A stretch of DNA of 64,000 bases from Alphaproteobacteria bacterium (GTDB lineage Bacteria > Pseudomonadota > Alphaproteobacteria > SHVZ01), in assembly GCA_016869285.1 (NCBI GenBank), contig VGEN01000001.1, forward strand, positions 7,201-71,200. Direction: 5' to 3'. Both the position numbers and the translations under genes were made by a program. Positions within the stretch are counted from its first letter, which is position 1; each line of letters opens with the position of its first letter. Below are positions 23,035 to 32,014 of this stretch, piece after piece. The notes below the pieces were generated by a model that was given only the letters and a program-made list of their open reading frames with translations, had not been told where the DNA came from and searched no databases.

Positions 23035-24165
23035 ATGAAGATCACCGCCATCGAGATCACCCAGCATCAGCTGCCGCTGGACCCGCCGTTCCACCCAAGC
23101 TGGTCGTCGCGCCCGCGGCTCAAATTCGATGCGACCCTGGTGCGCGTCCACACCGATGAAGGGATCACCGGGATCGGCTCGGGCGACTACATGCTGGGCT
23201 TCGCCGGTCACGAGCATCTGTTCATCGGCGAGGACCCACTTCGCCTCGAGCGCCATTGGCGCGTGATCGACCATATCGGCTTCCACTACGGCCGCTGCTG
23301 GCCGCTCGACCTCGCGCTCTGGGACATCGCCGGCAAGGCGGCGGGCCAGCCCTGCTGGAAGCTGCTCGGAGGCTACGCCAATAGGCTTCGGTGCTATGCC
23401 TCCTCCGGAACGCTCCGCAACGCCAAGGCGCTCGCCGACCTCGCCGAACGCGTGATCGTACGCGGCTTCAAGGCGATGAAGATCCGCTTCCGCCGCGGCT
23501 CCTGGCGCGACGACATCCGCGCGCTGGAGGCCGTGCGCGAGCGCATCGGCACCCGCCTCGAACTCATGGTCGACTGCAACCAGGGTTGGCGGTTTCCGTG
23601 GGACACGATGGCCGCCTGGACCCTCAAGGATGCGATCGCCGTCGGGCGCGAACTGGAAAGGCTGCACGTCTACTGGATGGAGGAGCCGCTGCACCGTGCC
23701 GACCGCCGTGGCATGCGCACGCTCAAGGACACGCTGGATGTCCGCATCGCCGGCGGCGAGCTCAACCGCGAGATGAGCGAGCTGCGCGACGTGATCCAGG
23801 AAGGCTGCCTCGACGTCGTGCAGCCCGACGTGGTTTCGATCGGCGGCATCACGGGCCTGGCCAAGGTCGCAGCGATGGCGAATGCCAACAACATCGTCTT
23901 CACGCCGCATACCTGGGGCAACGGCATCGGACTCATGGCCAACGCGCATGTCGTCGCCGGCACCACCGATCCAAGCTACCTCGAATTCCCCTGGGATCCG
24001 CCGGAATGGACCAATGAACGGCGCGACTACCTGCTAACCGAGCCGATCGACCTCGACGCCGAGGGCAATCTGATCCTCAGCGACAGGCCGGGCCTTGGGA
24101 TCGACCTCGACGAGGCGGTGCTGAAACGCACCCTGGTCGATGGCATCGTCAAGTCGAATAACTAG
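23035..24165 (+). CDS. enolase-superfamily enzyme (mandelate racemase/muconate lactonizing family; proline-betaine/hydroxyproline-betaine epimerase HpbD-like candidate)
   Basis: 376 aa; capping domain + barrel with metal-ligand Asp/Glu positions (MVDCNQGW, WMEEP, DVVQPD) and KxK-type general base region. Confidence 0.75.
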   Translation: MKITAIEITQHQLPLDPPFHPSWSSRPRLKFDATLVRVHTDEGITGIGSGDYMLGFAGHEHLFIGEDPLRLERHWRVIDHIGFHYGRCWPLDLALWDIAGKAAGQPCWKLLGGYANRLRCYASSGTLRNAKALADLAERVIVRGFKAMKIRFRRGSWRDDIRALEAVRERIGTRLELMVDCNQGWRFPWDTMAAWTLKDAIAVGRELERLHVYWMEEPLHRADRRGMRTLKDTLDVRIAGGELNREMSELRDVIQEGCLDVVQPDVVSIGGITGLAKVAAMANANNIVFTPHTWGNGIGLMANAHVVAGTTDPSYLEFPWDPPEWTNERRDYLLTEPIDLDAEGNLILSDRPGLGIDLDEAVLKRTLVDGIVKSNN

Positions 24166-26189
24166 TCGCGCCGTCGCCGCCGGCGTCCCTCGCCCGCCGC
24201 GGCGGCCTCCTTCCGCTCGGGCATCTTCACTGCTGCGGTCAGGTTCGGGAACGGCTCGACGCGGTTCGGGAAACCGATCGCATTGACGAAGTGCTCCTGG
24301 AAGCGCGGCTCGACCGCGGTTTCGATCTTCTCGATGCGCCGAACCAGGCCTTCGATCTCGCGGCGGTGGCCGCGATTGAGCAGCGCCATGCGGGCACCTG
24401 TGCCGGCGGCGTTGCCGACCGCTGAGACCTTGTCGAGGGCGCAATCCGGCACGAGGCCGATGATCATCGCGTGCTTCGGATCGATGTGGCTGCCGAAGGC
24501 CCCGGCGAGCTTGATGCGATCGACCTTGTCGATGCCGAGCTTGTCCATGAGCAGCCGCGAGCCGGCATAGAGCGCCGCCTTGGCGAGCTGGATGGCGCGG
24601 ATGTCATTTTGGGTGACCTTGATCTCGACGGGTTCCGTCCTCAGGACATAGGAGTAGGTCCGCCTGTCCGGCACAATCCGCGGCGTCCGCGCCGCAAGCG
24701 TACCGTCGATCATGCCGTCATGCGTCACGATGCCGGCGAGGAACATCTCCGCCACCGCCTCGATGATGCCTGAGCCGCAGATGCCGGTGACGCCGACCCT
24801 GTCGATGCCAATATCGAACCCCTCCTCGTTCGACCACGGGCCGACGTCGATGACCTTGATGCGCGGCTCAAGTGTCTCTGGATCGATGCGCACGCGCTCA
24901 ATCGCACCGGGCGCCGCGCGCTGACCTGAGGAGATCTGCGCGCCCTCGAAGGCCGGACCGGTCGGCGAGCTCGCGGCGAGCAGGCGGTCGGCGCTGCCGA
25001 GCACGATCTCCGCATTGGTGCCGACATCGATGACGAGCGTGATTTCCTGCCCCTTGTGCGGCGCCTCGGCCAGCGTCACCGCTGCCGCATCGGCGCCGAC
25101 GTGCCCCGCGATGCACGGAAGGACGTAGGCACGGCCAGACTTCAGGATCGGTAGGCCCAGGCCCTGCGCGCGGAGATCGAGCGCCTGCGAGACCGCGAGC
25201 GGAAACGGCGCCTGGCCCAGCGGTGTCGGATCGATACCGAGATAGAGGTGATGCATGATCGGATTGCCGACCAGCACCGCCTCGACGATCTCTTCCTGCG
25301 CGACTGCGCCCTGGCCGGCGACGCGGCCGATCAACGTGTTGACGGCATCGCGCACGACATCGGTCAGTGCGCCGCGACCCTCCGGATTCATCATCACATA
25401 GGAGACCCGCGACATCAGGTCTTCGCCGAAGCGGATCTGCGGGTTGGCCGTACCAGCGGACGCCACGGTACGCCCCGACATCAGATCGACGAGATGGCAG
25501 GCGATCGTGGTCGAGCCGATGTCGACGGCTACGCCGAAGAGGCGCTCGCGGTAGCCGGGCCAGACGCCGACGACCCGCGGCCTTCCGCCATCCTGGTGCA
25601 CGGCCACCGTCGCCTTGTAGCCGCCCTTGATCAGCGCCGGCTGCACGTCCGGCAGGATGGCGACATCGACGAGCACGTCGCGGATGCCCCATTTCTCGGA
25701 CAGGTGGCCGATCACGCGATCGAGATCGCCTTGCGGCTTCGCCATGTCGGGCGGGTCGATCTCGATATAGTGGAGATGCGTCGCGAGATCGCGCACGATT
25801 GCGCGGGTTTCGGCGCGTTTGCGCACGACCTGGGTGTTGACGGCGACATCGGCCGGTACGTCGATCACGACATCGCCCTCGATCTTCGCCGAACAGCTCA
25901 GGCGCCGGCCCGCCGGCAACGAACGGATATCGGCATAGCGCTGCTCGGTCTCCGACCGCCCGCTCAAGCTGTCGGCGCGAGAGGTGATGCCGTGCTTGGC
26001 AAAGACGCCTTCGGCGACCTCGATCTGGCAGCGCCCGCAAAGGCCGCGGCCGCCGCAGACGGACTCAATGTAGACGCCGAGCGAGCGCGCCGCATCGAGA
26101 ACGGACATGCCGATGGGGAAGCGGCCGCGGCGCCCGCTCGGCATGAAGATGACGAGCGCGTCGTCGGTCTTGGCGGGGGTGTCTGGCAC
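24162..26189 (-). CDS. ASKHA-domain corrinoid reductive activator (RACE/RamA-like) with N-terminal 2Fe-2S ferredoxin domain
   Basis: 675 aa; N-terminal plant-type ferredoxin cysteines (CGGRGLCGRCQ...C), followed by large ASKHA ATPase-like domain as in corrinoid activation enzymes. Confidence 0.8.
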   Translation of the reverse strand: MPDTPAKTDDALVIFMPSGRRGRFPIGMSVLDAARSLGVYIESVCGGRGLCGRCQIEVAEGVFAKHGITSRADSLSGRSETEQRYADIRSLPAGRRLSCSAKIEGDVVIDVPADVAVNTQVVRKRAETRAIVRDLATHLHYIEIDPPDMAKPQGDLDRVIGHLSEKWGIRDVLVDVAILPDVQPALIKGGYKATVAVHQDGGRPRVVGVWPGYRERLFGVAVDIGSTTIACHLVDLMSGRTVASAGTANPQIRFGEDLMSRVSYVMMNPEGRGALTDVVRDAVNTLIGRVAGQGAVAQEEIVEAVLVGNPIMHHLYLGIDPTPLGQAPFPLAVSQALDLRAQGLGLPILKSGRAYVLPCIAGHVGADAAAVTLAEAPHKGQEITLVIDVGTNAEIVLGSADRLLAASSPTGPAFEGAQISSGQRAAPGAIERVRIDPETLEPRIKVIDVGPWSNEEGFDIGIDRVGVTGICGSGIIEAVAEMFLAGIVTHDGMIDGTLAARTPRIVPDRRTYSYVLRTEPVEIKVTQNDIRAIQLAKAALYAGSRLLMDKLGIDKVDRIKLAGAFGSHIDPKHAMIIGLVPDCALDKVSAVGNAAGTGARMALLNRGHRREIEGLVRRIEKIETAVEPRFQEHFVNAIGFPNRVEPFPNLTAAVKMPERKEAAAAGEGRRRRRRD

Positions 26190-26193
26190 GGAG

Positions 26194-26493
26194 CTATCCT
26201 GTTCGCCCGTTTCCGGCGACCAGCGCCTTCAAGCGCTCGGCATCGTAGGTGGCTTCGAGGGAGGCGACCGCCGCATCGGCCTCGGCCTTGAGGTCGTCGC
26301 CGCAAGCCTCGGGATCGCCACGCCGCCACTCCGCGAGATAGGCATCGCTGTCGCGGGCCCCAACCTTCATCGCGCAGCGGTCGATCGCCTGGATGAAGCG
26401 CTCCGGCAGCTCGCGCTTTTCGGCCGTTCTCCCCTGGCGCACGATCACCTGTGCTGGTATGTCACGCCAATACACGATGATCCGCTGCGCCAT
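26194..26493 (-). CDS. small conserved protein of the family often annotated 'virulence factor', co-transcribed with RACE
   Basis: 99 aa, balanced composition, N-terminus IIVYWRDIPAQVIV; 4-bp gap to RACE start. Confidence 0.45.
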   Translation of the reverse strand: MAQRIIVYWRDIPAQVIVRQGRTAEKRELPERFIQAIDRCAMKVGARDSDAYLAEWRRGDPEACGDDLKAEADAAVASLEATYDAERLKALVAGNGRTG

Positions 26494-26523
26494 AGAGCCG
26501 AATTCCTAGGATACGAGGGCTGG

Positions 26524-27534
26524 ATGTCGAGTCGTCTCGAAGAGCTGCTGAAGGCACGGGGCCGCCTGCTCGCCGACGGCGCGACCGGAACCAACCTGTT
26601 CGAGATGGGCCTCTTGTCGGGGGACGCGCCCGAGCTCTGGAACGAGACGCAGCCGGAGAAGATCCGCGCGCTGCACCAGAGCTTCGTCGACGCCGGGGCC
26701 GACATCATCCTTACGAACACCTTCGGATGCAACAGGCGCCGCCTGATGCTTCACAAGGCGGAAGGCCGTACCCGCGAGCTGAACCGGCTGGGCGCCCAGA
26801 TCGCCCGCTCCGTCGCGGACAAGGCTGGACGGACGGTGATCGTCGCGGGCTCGGTCGGACCGACCGGCGATCTGCTGATCCCGCTCGGACCTTTGAGCGA
26901 GGAAGAGGCCGTCGACGTCTTCATCGAGCAGATCGAGGGGCTGAAGGCCGGCGGCGCCGACGTCGTCTGGATCGAGACCATGTCCGCGATCGAGGAGATG
27001 CGCGCCGCCGCGCAGGCCGCGATCAAGGTCGGCATGCCTTATACTGTGACCGCGACCTTCGACACGGCCGGGCGCACCATGATGGGTGCGACGCCGGAAG
27101 CGGTTGCTACCTTCCTCAGGGGCCTCGAACCGAAGCCGATCGCGATCGGAGCCAATTGCGGCGTCGGCGCACCCGACCTGATCTACTCGGTCATGCAGAT
27201 CACCGAGGCGGCACCGGACGCGGTGGTCATCGCCAAGGGAAATTGCGGCATCCCCAAATTCGTCGGCACCCAGGTCGAGTATACGGGCACTCCGGCGGTC
27301 ATGGCTGAGTATGCGCGGCTCGCGCTGGACACGGGCGCGCGTATCGTCGGCGGCTGCTGCGGAACCTCGCCCGGTCATCTCGCCGCCATGCGTCAGGCCC
27401 TCGATACGCACCGGCCAGGCGAGCGCCCCGACCTGGCAAAAGTGATCCAATGCATCGGCCCGCTAACCGCTCCGCCGGCCGACACCGCGGCCGAGCCCGT
27501 CAAACGCCGCGCCGGGCGACGCCGGAGCGGCTGA
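26524..27534 (+). CDS. homocysteine S-methyltransferase domain protein (MetH N-terminal-like / BHMT-like)
   Basis: 336 aa; zinc-binding Cys motifs GANCGVG and GGCCGTSP at canonical spacing of Hcy-binding (S-methyl_trans) domains; first gene of the corrinoid operon. Confidence 0.8.
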   Translation: MSSRLEELLKARGRLLADGATGTNLFEMGLLSGDAPELWNETQPEKIRALHQSFVDAGADIILTNTFGCNRRRLMLHKAEGRTRELNRLGAQIARSVADKAGRTVIVAGSVGPTGDLLIPLGPLSEEEAVDVFIEQIEGLKAGGADVVWIETMSAIEEMRAAAQAAIKVGMPYTVTATFDTAGRTMMGATPEAVATFLRGLEPKPIAIGANCGVGAPDLIYSVMQITEAAPDAVVIAKGNCGIPKFVGTQVEYTGTPAVMAEYARLALDTGARIVGGCCGTSPGHLAAMRQALDTHRPGERPDLAKVIQCIGPLTAPPADTAAEPVKRRAGRRRSG

Positions 27535-27655
27535 ACCGCCCCAGCGGCCGATGTCGCCCTCGGCCTCATGATGGTCGCAAATGCGGTGAATCGGCATCGG
27601 AACGCGACTAGGCTTGGCCCAAAGCCGACCCCGCTTCCGGGGCCGAAAGCGAGCG

Positions 27656-28906
27656 ATGGCCCAAGTCTTCAAGGACCCGCGGAAACGCGCCTTCCTCAAT
27701 CCCGACGGAGCCGACAAGCCGCTGAAAAGCCCGGTGCCGCCGGCGACGCTCAAGGCCGCTCGCGCCTATCGCCTCAGCCGTATCCGAGACCAGCTCAAGC
27801 GTCACGACTGCGCCGCCATCCTACTCTACGACCCCGTCAACATCCGCTACGCGCTCGACGTCTCCAACATGCAACTCTGGATGACGCACAACCCGTCGCA
27901 CTACGCGGTGATCTGCGCCGAAGGGCCGGCGATCGACTTCGAGTACAAGGGTTCCGAGCACGTCGCTAAAGGCATTGAGACCATCGATGAGATCCGTCCG
28001 GCGATCTCGTGGTTCTACTTCTCTGCCGGCAACAACCTCGCCCGGCGCTGCGACAAATGGGCGGACGAGATCGCAGACATCGTCCGCCAGCATGGCGGCG
28101 GCAACAAGCGCCTTGCTGTCGACAAGCTGGAGCCGCTTGGCGTCGATGCGCTCCGCAATCGCGGCATCACGCTCGTCGAGGGCCAAGAGCTGACGGAGCA
28201 CGCCCGCTGCATCAAGAGCCCGGCCGAGCTCGAGCTGATGAGCTGGACCGTGCGTGTCTGCGAAGCGGCGATGGCGCGCATGTACGAGCGCTCCGAGCCC
28301 GGGCGCACCGAGCAGGAGATCTGGGCCGAGATGCATTTCGAGAATATCCGCTCCGGCGGCGAGTGGATCGAGACGCGGTTGCTCGCCGCCGGCCCACGGA
28401 CCAACCCCTGGTTCCAGGAGTGCTCTGACTATATCTGCGAGGAGGGTGACATCCTCGCCTTCGACACGGACCTGATCGGCCCCTACGGCTATTGCGCCGA
28501 TCTCTCGCGCTCCTGGACCATCGGCCACACGCGCATGAGCAACGAGCAGCGGACGCTCTATGCCGCCGCGGTCGAGCAGATCGACCACAACCTCTCGATC
28601 CTCAAGGCCGGCATGAGCTTCCGCGAGTTCAACGAGAGATCCTGGAAGATCCCTGCGAAGTACATGGAGCGCCGCTACTCGGTCGCCTTGCACGGCGTCG
28701 GCCTGGCCGACGAGTGGCCATCGGTGCCGCTCCACCCCGACTTCGCCCGTGCCTATGACGGGCGGTTCGCGGAGAACATGGTGGTCTGCGTCGAGAGCCT
28801 GATCGGCGAAGAGGGCGGACGCGAGTGCATCAAGCTCGAAACCCAGGCCGTGATCGGCGCCAACGGCGCCAGGCGGCTTGACAGCTTCCCTTGGGAAGAG
28901 GTCTAG
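27656..28906 (+). CDS. M24 family metallopeptidase-fold hydrolase (creatinase/Xaa-Pro aminopeptidase-like)
   Basis: About 415 aa; pita-bread fold metal ligands (D..D..H..E..E pattern: FDTDLIGPYGYCAD, HGVG, CVES); start 27656 preferred over 27614. Confidence 0.7.
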   Translation: MAQVFKDPRKRAFLNPDGADKPLKSPVPPATLKAARAYRLSRIRDQLKRHDCAAILLYDPVNIRYALDVSNMQLWMTHNPSHYAVICAEGPAIDFEYKGSEHVAKGIETIDEIRPAISWFYFSAGNNLARRCDKWADEIADIVRQHGGGNKRLAVDKLEPLGVDALRNRGITLVEGQELTEHARCIKSPAELELMSWTVRVCEAAMARMYERSEPGRTEQEIWAEMHFENIRSGGEWIETRLLAAGPRTNPWFQECSDYICEEGDILAFDTDLIGPYGYCADLSRSWTIGHTRMSNEQRTLYAAAVEQIDHNLSILKAGMSFREFNERSWKIPAKYMERRYSVALHGVGLADEWPSVPLHPDFARAYDGRFAENMVVCVESLIGEEGGRECIKLETQAVIGANGARRLDSFPWEEV

Positions 28907-28944
28907 AGATCAGCGGCTTACACGAATGCTGGGGATTTAAGGTC

Positions 28945-29646
28945 ATGGCCGACGGCGACGACATCGTCCTGGAAGAGCTCAATGACAGCGAGCTCGTCAA
29001 GCAGATGCATGACGACCTCTATGACGGTCTCAAGGACGAGATCGAGGAGGCCGTCCACATCTTGCTGAGGCGCAAGTGGGAGCCGTACCGGATTCTCACC
29101 GAGGCGTTGGTCGAAGGCATGCGCATCGTCGGCATCGACTTCCGCGACGGCATCCTGTTCGTGCCGGAAGTGCTGATGTCGGCCAATGCGATGAAGGCCG
29201 GCATGGCGATCCTGAAGCCGCTGCTGGCCGAGACCGGGGCGCCGCGCGTCGGCAAGATGGTGATCGGCACCGTCAAGGGTGACATCCACGACATCGGCAA
29301 GAATCTCGTCACCATGATGATGGAAGGCGCCGGCTTCGAGGTGATCGACCTAGGCATCAACAACGCGGTCGAGAAGTACCTGGACGCCATCGCCGAGCAT
29401 CAGCCGGACATCCTCGGTATGTCGGCGCTGCTGACCACGACCATGCCCTACATGAAGGTCGTCATCGACGCCCTCAAGGAGAAAGGCATCCGCGATGACA
29501 TCGTCGTGCTCGTCGGCGGAGCGCCGTTGAATGAGGACTTCGCCAAGGCGATAGGCGCCGACAGCTATTGCCGGGACGCCGCCGTCGCGGTCGAGACCGC
29601 CAAGCAGTACATGATGCGCAAGCACAACCAGCGCGCTGCCGGCTGA
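28945..29646 (+). CDS. cobalamin-binding corrinoid protein (MtbC/MtgC-like)
   Basis: 233 aa; B12-binding DxHxxG motif GDIHDIGKN followed by Rossmann-like B12 domain, N-terminal helical cap. Confidence 0.85.
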   Translation: MADGDDIVLEELNDSELVKQMHDDLYDGLKDEIEEAVHILLRRKWEPYRILTEALVEGMRIVGIDFRDGILFVPEVLMSANAMKAGMAILKPLLAETGAPRVGKMVIGTVKGDIHDIGKNLVTMMMEGAGFEVIDLGINNAVEKYLDAIAEHQPDILGMSALLTTTMPYMKVVIDALKEKGIRDDIVVLVGGAPLNEDFAKAIGADSYCRDAAVAVETAKQYMMRKHNQRAAG

Positions 29647-30299
29647 TGCCAGAGGACGCCACCACGCGAGCGACGCGGCGTCAGCTCATCCTTGCCTGCG
29701 GCGCGCTCGCGCGCGAGGTCAATGCCGTGATCGCCGCCAACCATCTGCACCATGTGACCGTGCAGTGCCTGCCGGCTGGGCTGCACAACCGGCCGAAAGA
29801 GATCCCGGCGGCGGTCAGGGCTGCTGTCGCTGAGCATCGCGACGAGTACGACGACATCCTGGTCGGTTATGCCGATTGCGGCACCGGGGGGGAGCTCGAC
29901 AGGGTGCTCGACGAGCTCAGGCTGCACCGCCTGCCGGGCGCGCATTGCTACGCCTTCTTCTCCGGCGTGGCCGAGTTCGGCCGCCGCGCCGACGAGGACA
30001 TGCGCGCCTTCTTTCTGACCGACTTCCTGGTCCGGCAGTTCGAGACGCTGGTGATCGAGGGGCTCGGCCTCGACCGTCACCCCGAGCTTCGGGATGCCTA
30101 TTTCGGCCACTACGAGAAAGTCGTCTATCTGGCGCAGACCGACGACCCGCGCCTGAAGCGCGAGGCGGAGGCCGCGGCGAAGCGGCTTGGCCTCGGCTAC
30201 GAGCACCGTCTTGTCGGCCTTGGCGAGCTTGTGCCGGCGATCGTCGAATTCGCCGAAGAGCCGCTCAGACCGAGAGAAAAGAGGATGAGCGAACGATGA
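29646..30299 (+). CDS. DUF1638 domain protein
   Basis: 217 aa; TGATG overlap with corrinoid protein stop and ATGA overlap with downstream MttB; family recurrently found in MttB/corrinoid loci. Confidence 0.65.
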   Translation: MPEDATTRATRRQLILACGALAREVNAVIAANHLHHVTVQCLPAGLHNRPKEIPAAVRAAVAEHRDEYDDILVGYADCGTGGELDRVLDELRLHRLPGAHCYAFFSGVAEFGRRADEDMRAFFLTDFLVRQFETLVIEGLGLDRHPELRDAYFGHYEKVVYLAQTDDPRLKREAEAAAKRLGLGYEHRLVGLGELVPAIVEFAEEPLRPREKRMSER

Positions 30300-31852
30300 C
30301 CGCTGAACGCAGCGTCGAACGCGGGGCCGGCGATCGTCGGGCACGTCGCAAGGCCGAAGCGAGCTCAGGCGTACTGCAGCCGCCTTGGGCGCCGATCCGC
30401 AACCCGATGCCGCCGCTCGAGCTGCTCGACGAAGACGGCGTGCGGCGCATCGACGACACGGCGTTGCGCGTGCTCGAGGAGCTTGGCATCGAGTTCCTCA
30501 ACGACGAGGCGCTAGACGTCTTCGAGAAGGCCGGCTGCAAGGTCGACCGCTCGACCAAGCTGGTGCGCTTTGACCGCGGCATGCTCAGGGAGACGATCGC
30601 CAAGGCGCCGCGTCAATTCCGCCTGTTCGCGCGCAATCCCGAGCGCAACCTCGTGATCGGCGACAACACCATCAATGTCGGCCCGGTCGGCAGCCCGCCG
30701 AACGTCTCTGACCTCGACCGCGGCCGCCGCCCCGGCAGCTATGAGGACGTCGTCAAACTGATCAAGCTCAACCAGATGCTGACCTGCGTTCATCACTCCG
30801 GCGGCACGCTGACCGAAGCGCTGGACCTGCCCGCTGACTCGCGCCACCTCGACCTCTACCGCGCACACACCTTCCTTGCCGACCGCTGCTTCATCGGCCG
30901 CGGCATCGGGCGCGAAAGGATCACAGACGCGATCGAGATCGTCTGCCTCGCCCGCGGCATCGGCCGCGAGCAGCTGATGGCGGAGCCGACGCTGACCACG
31001 GTGATCAACGTCAACTCGCCGCGCCGCGTCGACAAGGAGATGATTGCGGGATTGATGGCGATGACCGCTCATGGCCAGCCTTGCATCGTCACTCCCTTCA
31101 CGCTCGCCGGCGCCATGAGCCCGGTGACCATCGCCGGCGCGCTGGCGCAGCAGACCGCCGAGGCGCTGTCGGTGATCGCGCTGATCCAGATCTTGCGGCC
31201 GGGCACGCCGGTGATCTTCGGCGGCTTCACCTCCAATGTCGACATGAAGTCCGGCGCGCCGGCCTTCGGCACGCCGGAATATGTGCGCTCGACCATCATC
31301 GGCGGCCAGATCGCGCGGCGCTGGGGCCTGCCCTATCGGTCGAGCAACGTGAACGCGTCCAACTGCGTCGATGCGCAGTCGACGCATGAATCGCTGATGT
31401 CGATCTGGGCCTGCGTCATGTCGCACGTACATTTCATGCATCACGGCACCGGCTGGCTCGAAGGCGGCCTCGTCGCCTCCTACGAAAAGGTCATCGTCGA
31501 CGCCGAGGCGCTGCACGCGATGGCCGCGTGGCTGAAGCCGATGGACCTTTCCGACGACGCGCTCGCCTTCGAGGCGCTCAAGGAAGTGCCTCCCGGCGGG
31601 CATTTCTTCGGCGCAACCCACACCATGGCCCGATACGAGCACGCCTTCCATCAACACCTGATCGCCGACTGGCGAAACTTCCAGTCCTGGCAGGAAGCCG
31701 GCGCCCTCAACGCGACGCAACGCGCCAACGCTGTGTGGAAGAAGCTGCTCGAAAGCTATGTCGAGCCGCCGCTCGATCCCGGCAAGAAGGAGGCAATCGA
31801 CGCCTTCGTCGCCAGGCGCAAGACCGAGATCATGCAGCGCGGGATCGTTTGA
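30296..31852 (+). CDS. MttB superfamily (non-pyrrolysine) methyltransferase, paralog 2
   Basis: 518 aa; same conserved blocks as paralog 1 (...MTPFTLAGAMxPVTxAGALAQQ..., ...GGFTSNVDMKSGAPAFGTPEY...); no amber codon. Confidence 0.85.
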   Translation: MTAERSVERGAGDRRARRKAEASSGVLQPPWAPIRNPMPPLELLDEDGVRRIDDTALRVLEELGIEFLNDEALDVFEKAGCKVDRSTKLVRFDRGMLRETIAKAPRQFRLFARNPERNLVIGDNTINVGPVGSPPNVSDLDRGRRPGSYEDVVKLIKLNQMLTCVHHSGGTLTEALDLPADSRHLDLYRAHTFLADRCFIGRGIGRERITDAIEIVCLARGIGREQLMAEPTLTTVINVNSPRRVDKEMIAGLMAMTAHGQPCIVTPFTLAGAMSPVTIAGALAQQTAEALSVIALIQILRPGTPVIFGGFTSNVDMKSGAPAFGTPEYVRSTIIGGQIARRWGLPYRSSNVNASNCVDAQSTHESLMSIWACVMSHVHFMHHGTGWLEGGLVASYEKVIVDAEALHAMAAWLKPMDLSDDALAFEALKEVPPGGHFFGATHTMARYEHAFHQHLIADWRNFQSWQEAGALNATQRANAVWKKLLESYVEPPLDPGKKEAIDAFVARRKTEIMQRGIV

Positions 31853-31996
31853 GCCCCCTCTCCCGGCGAAGCCGGGGGAGGGCCGGGGTGGGGCCGGCGC
31901 GAAGCGACGGGTGGTGGTCCGTCCACATGATACCGACCGTCGCTTCGCGCCGGCCTCCACCCTACCCTGCCCCACGCCTTCGGCGCGGAAGAGGGT
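31853..31996. repeat. REP/RIME-like palindromic element, copy A
   Basis: Hairpin CCCTCTCCCGGCGAAGCCGGGGGAGGG followed by perfect 18-bp inverted repeat GCCGGCGCGAAGCGACGG...CCGTCGCTTCGCGCCGGC; shares core with copies at 49143 and 53215; lies between convergent genes. Confidence 0.7.
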
Positions 31997-32014
31997 TTAC
32001 GAAAGCGGATCTCG

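Noticed and set aside
27535-27655. Short GC hairpin (CCCCG-CTTC-CGGGG) between the Hcy-MT and M24 genes as an intrinsic terminator
   Set aside because: A 5-bp stem without a U-tract; both genes are in the same tightly coupled operon, so termination here is unlikely.
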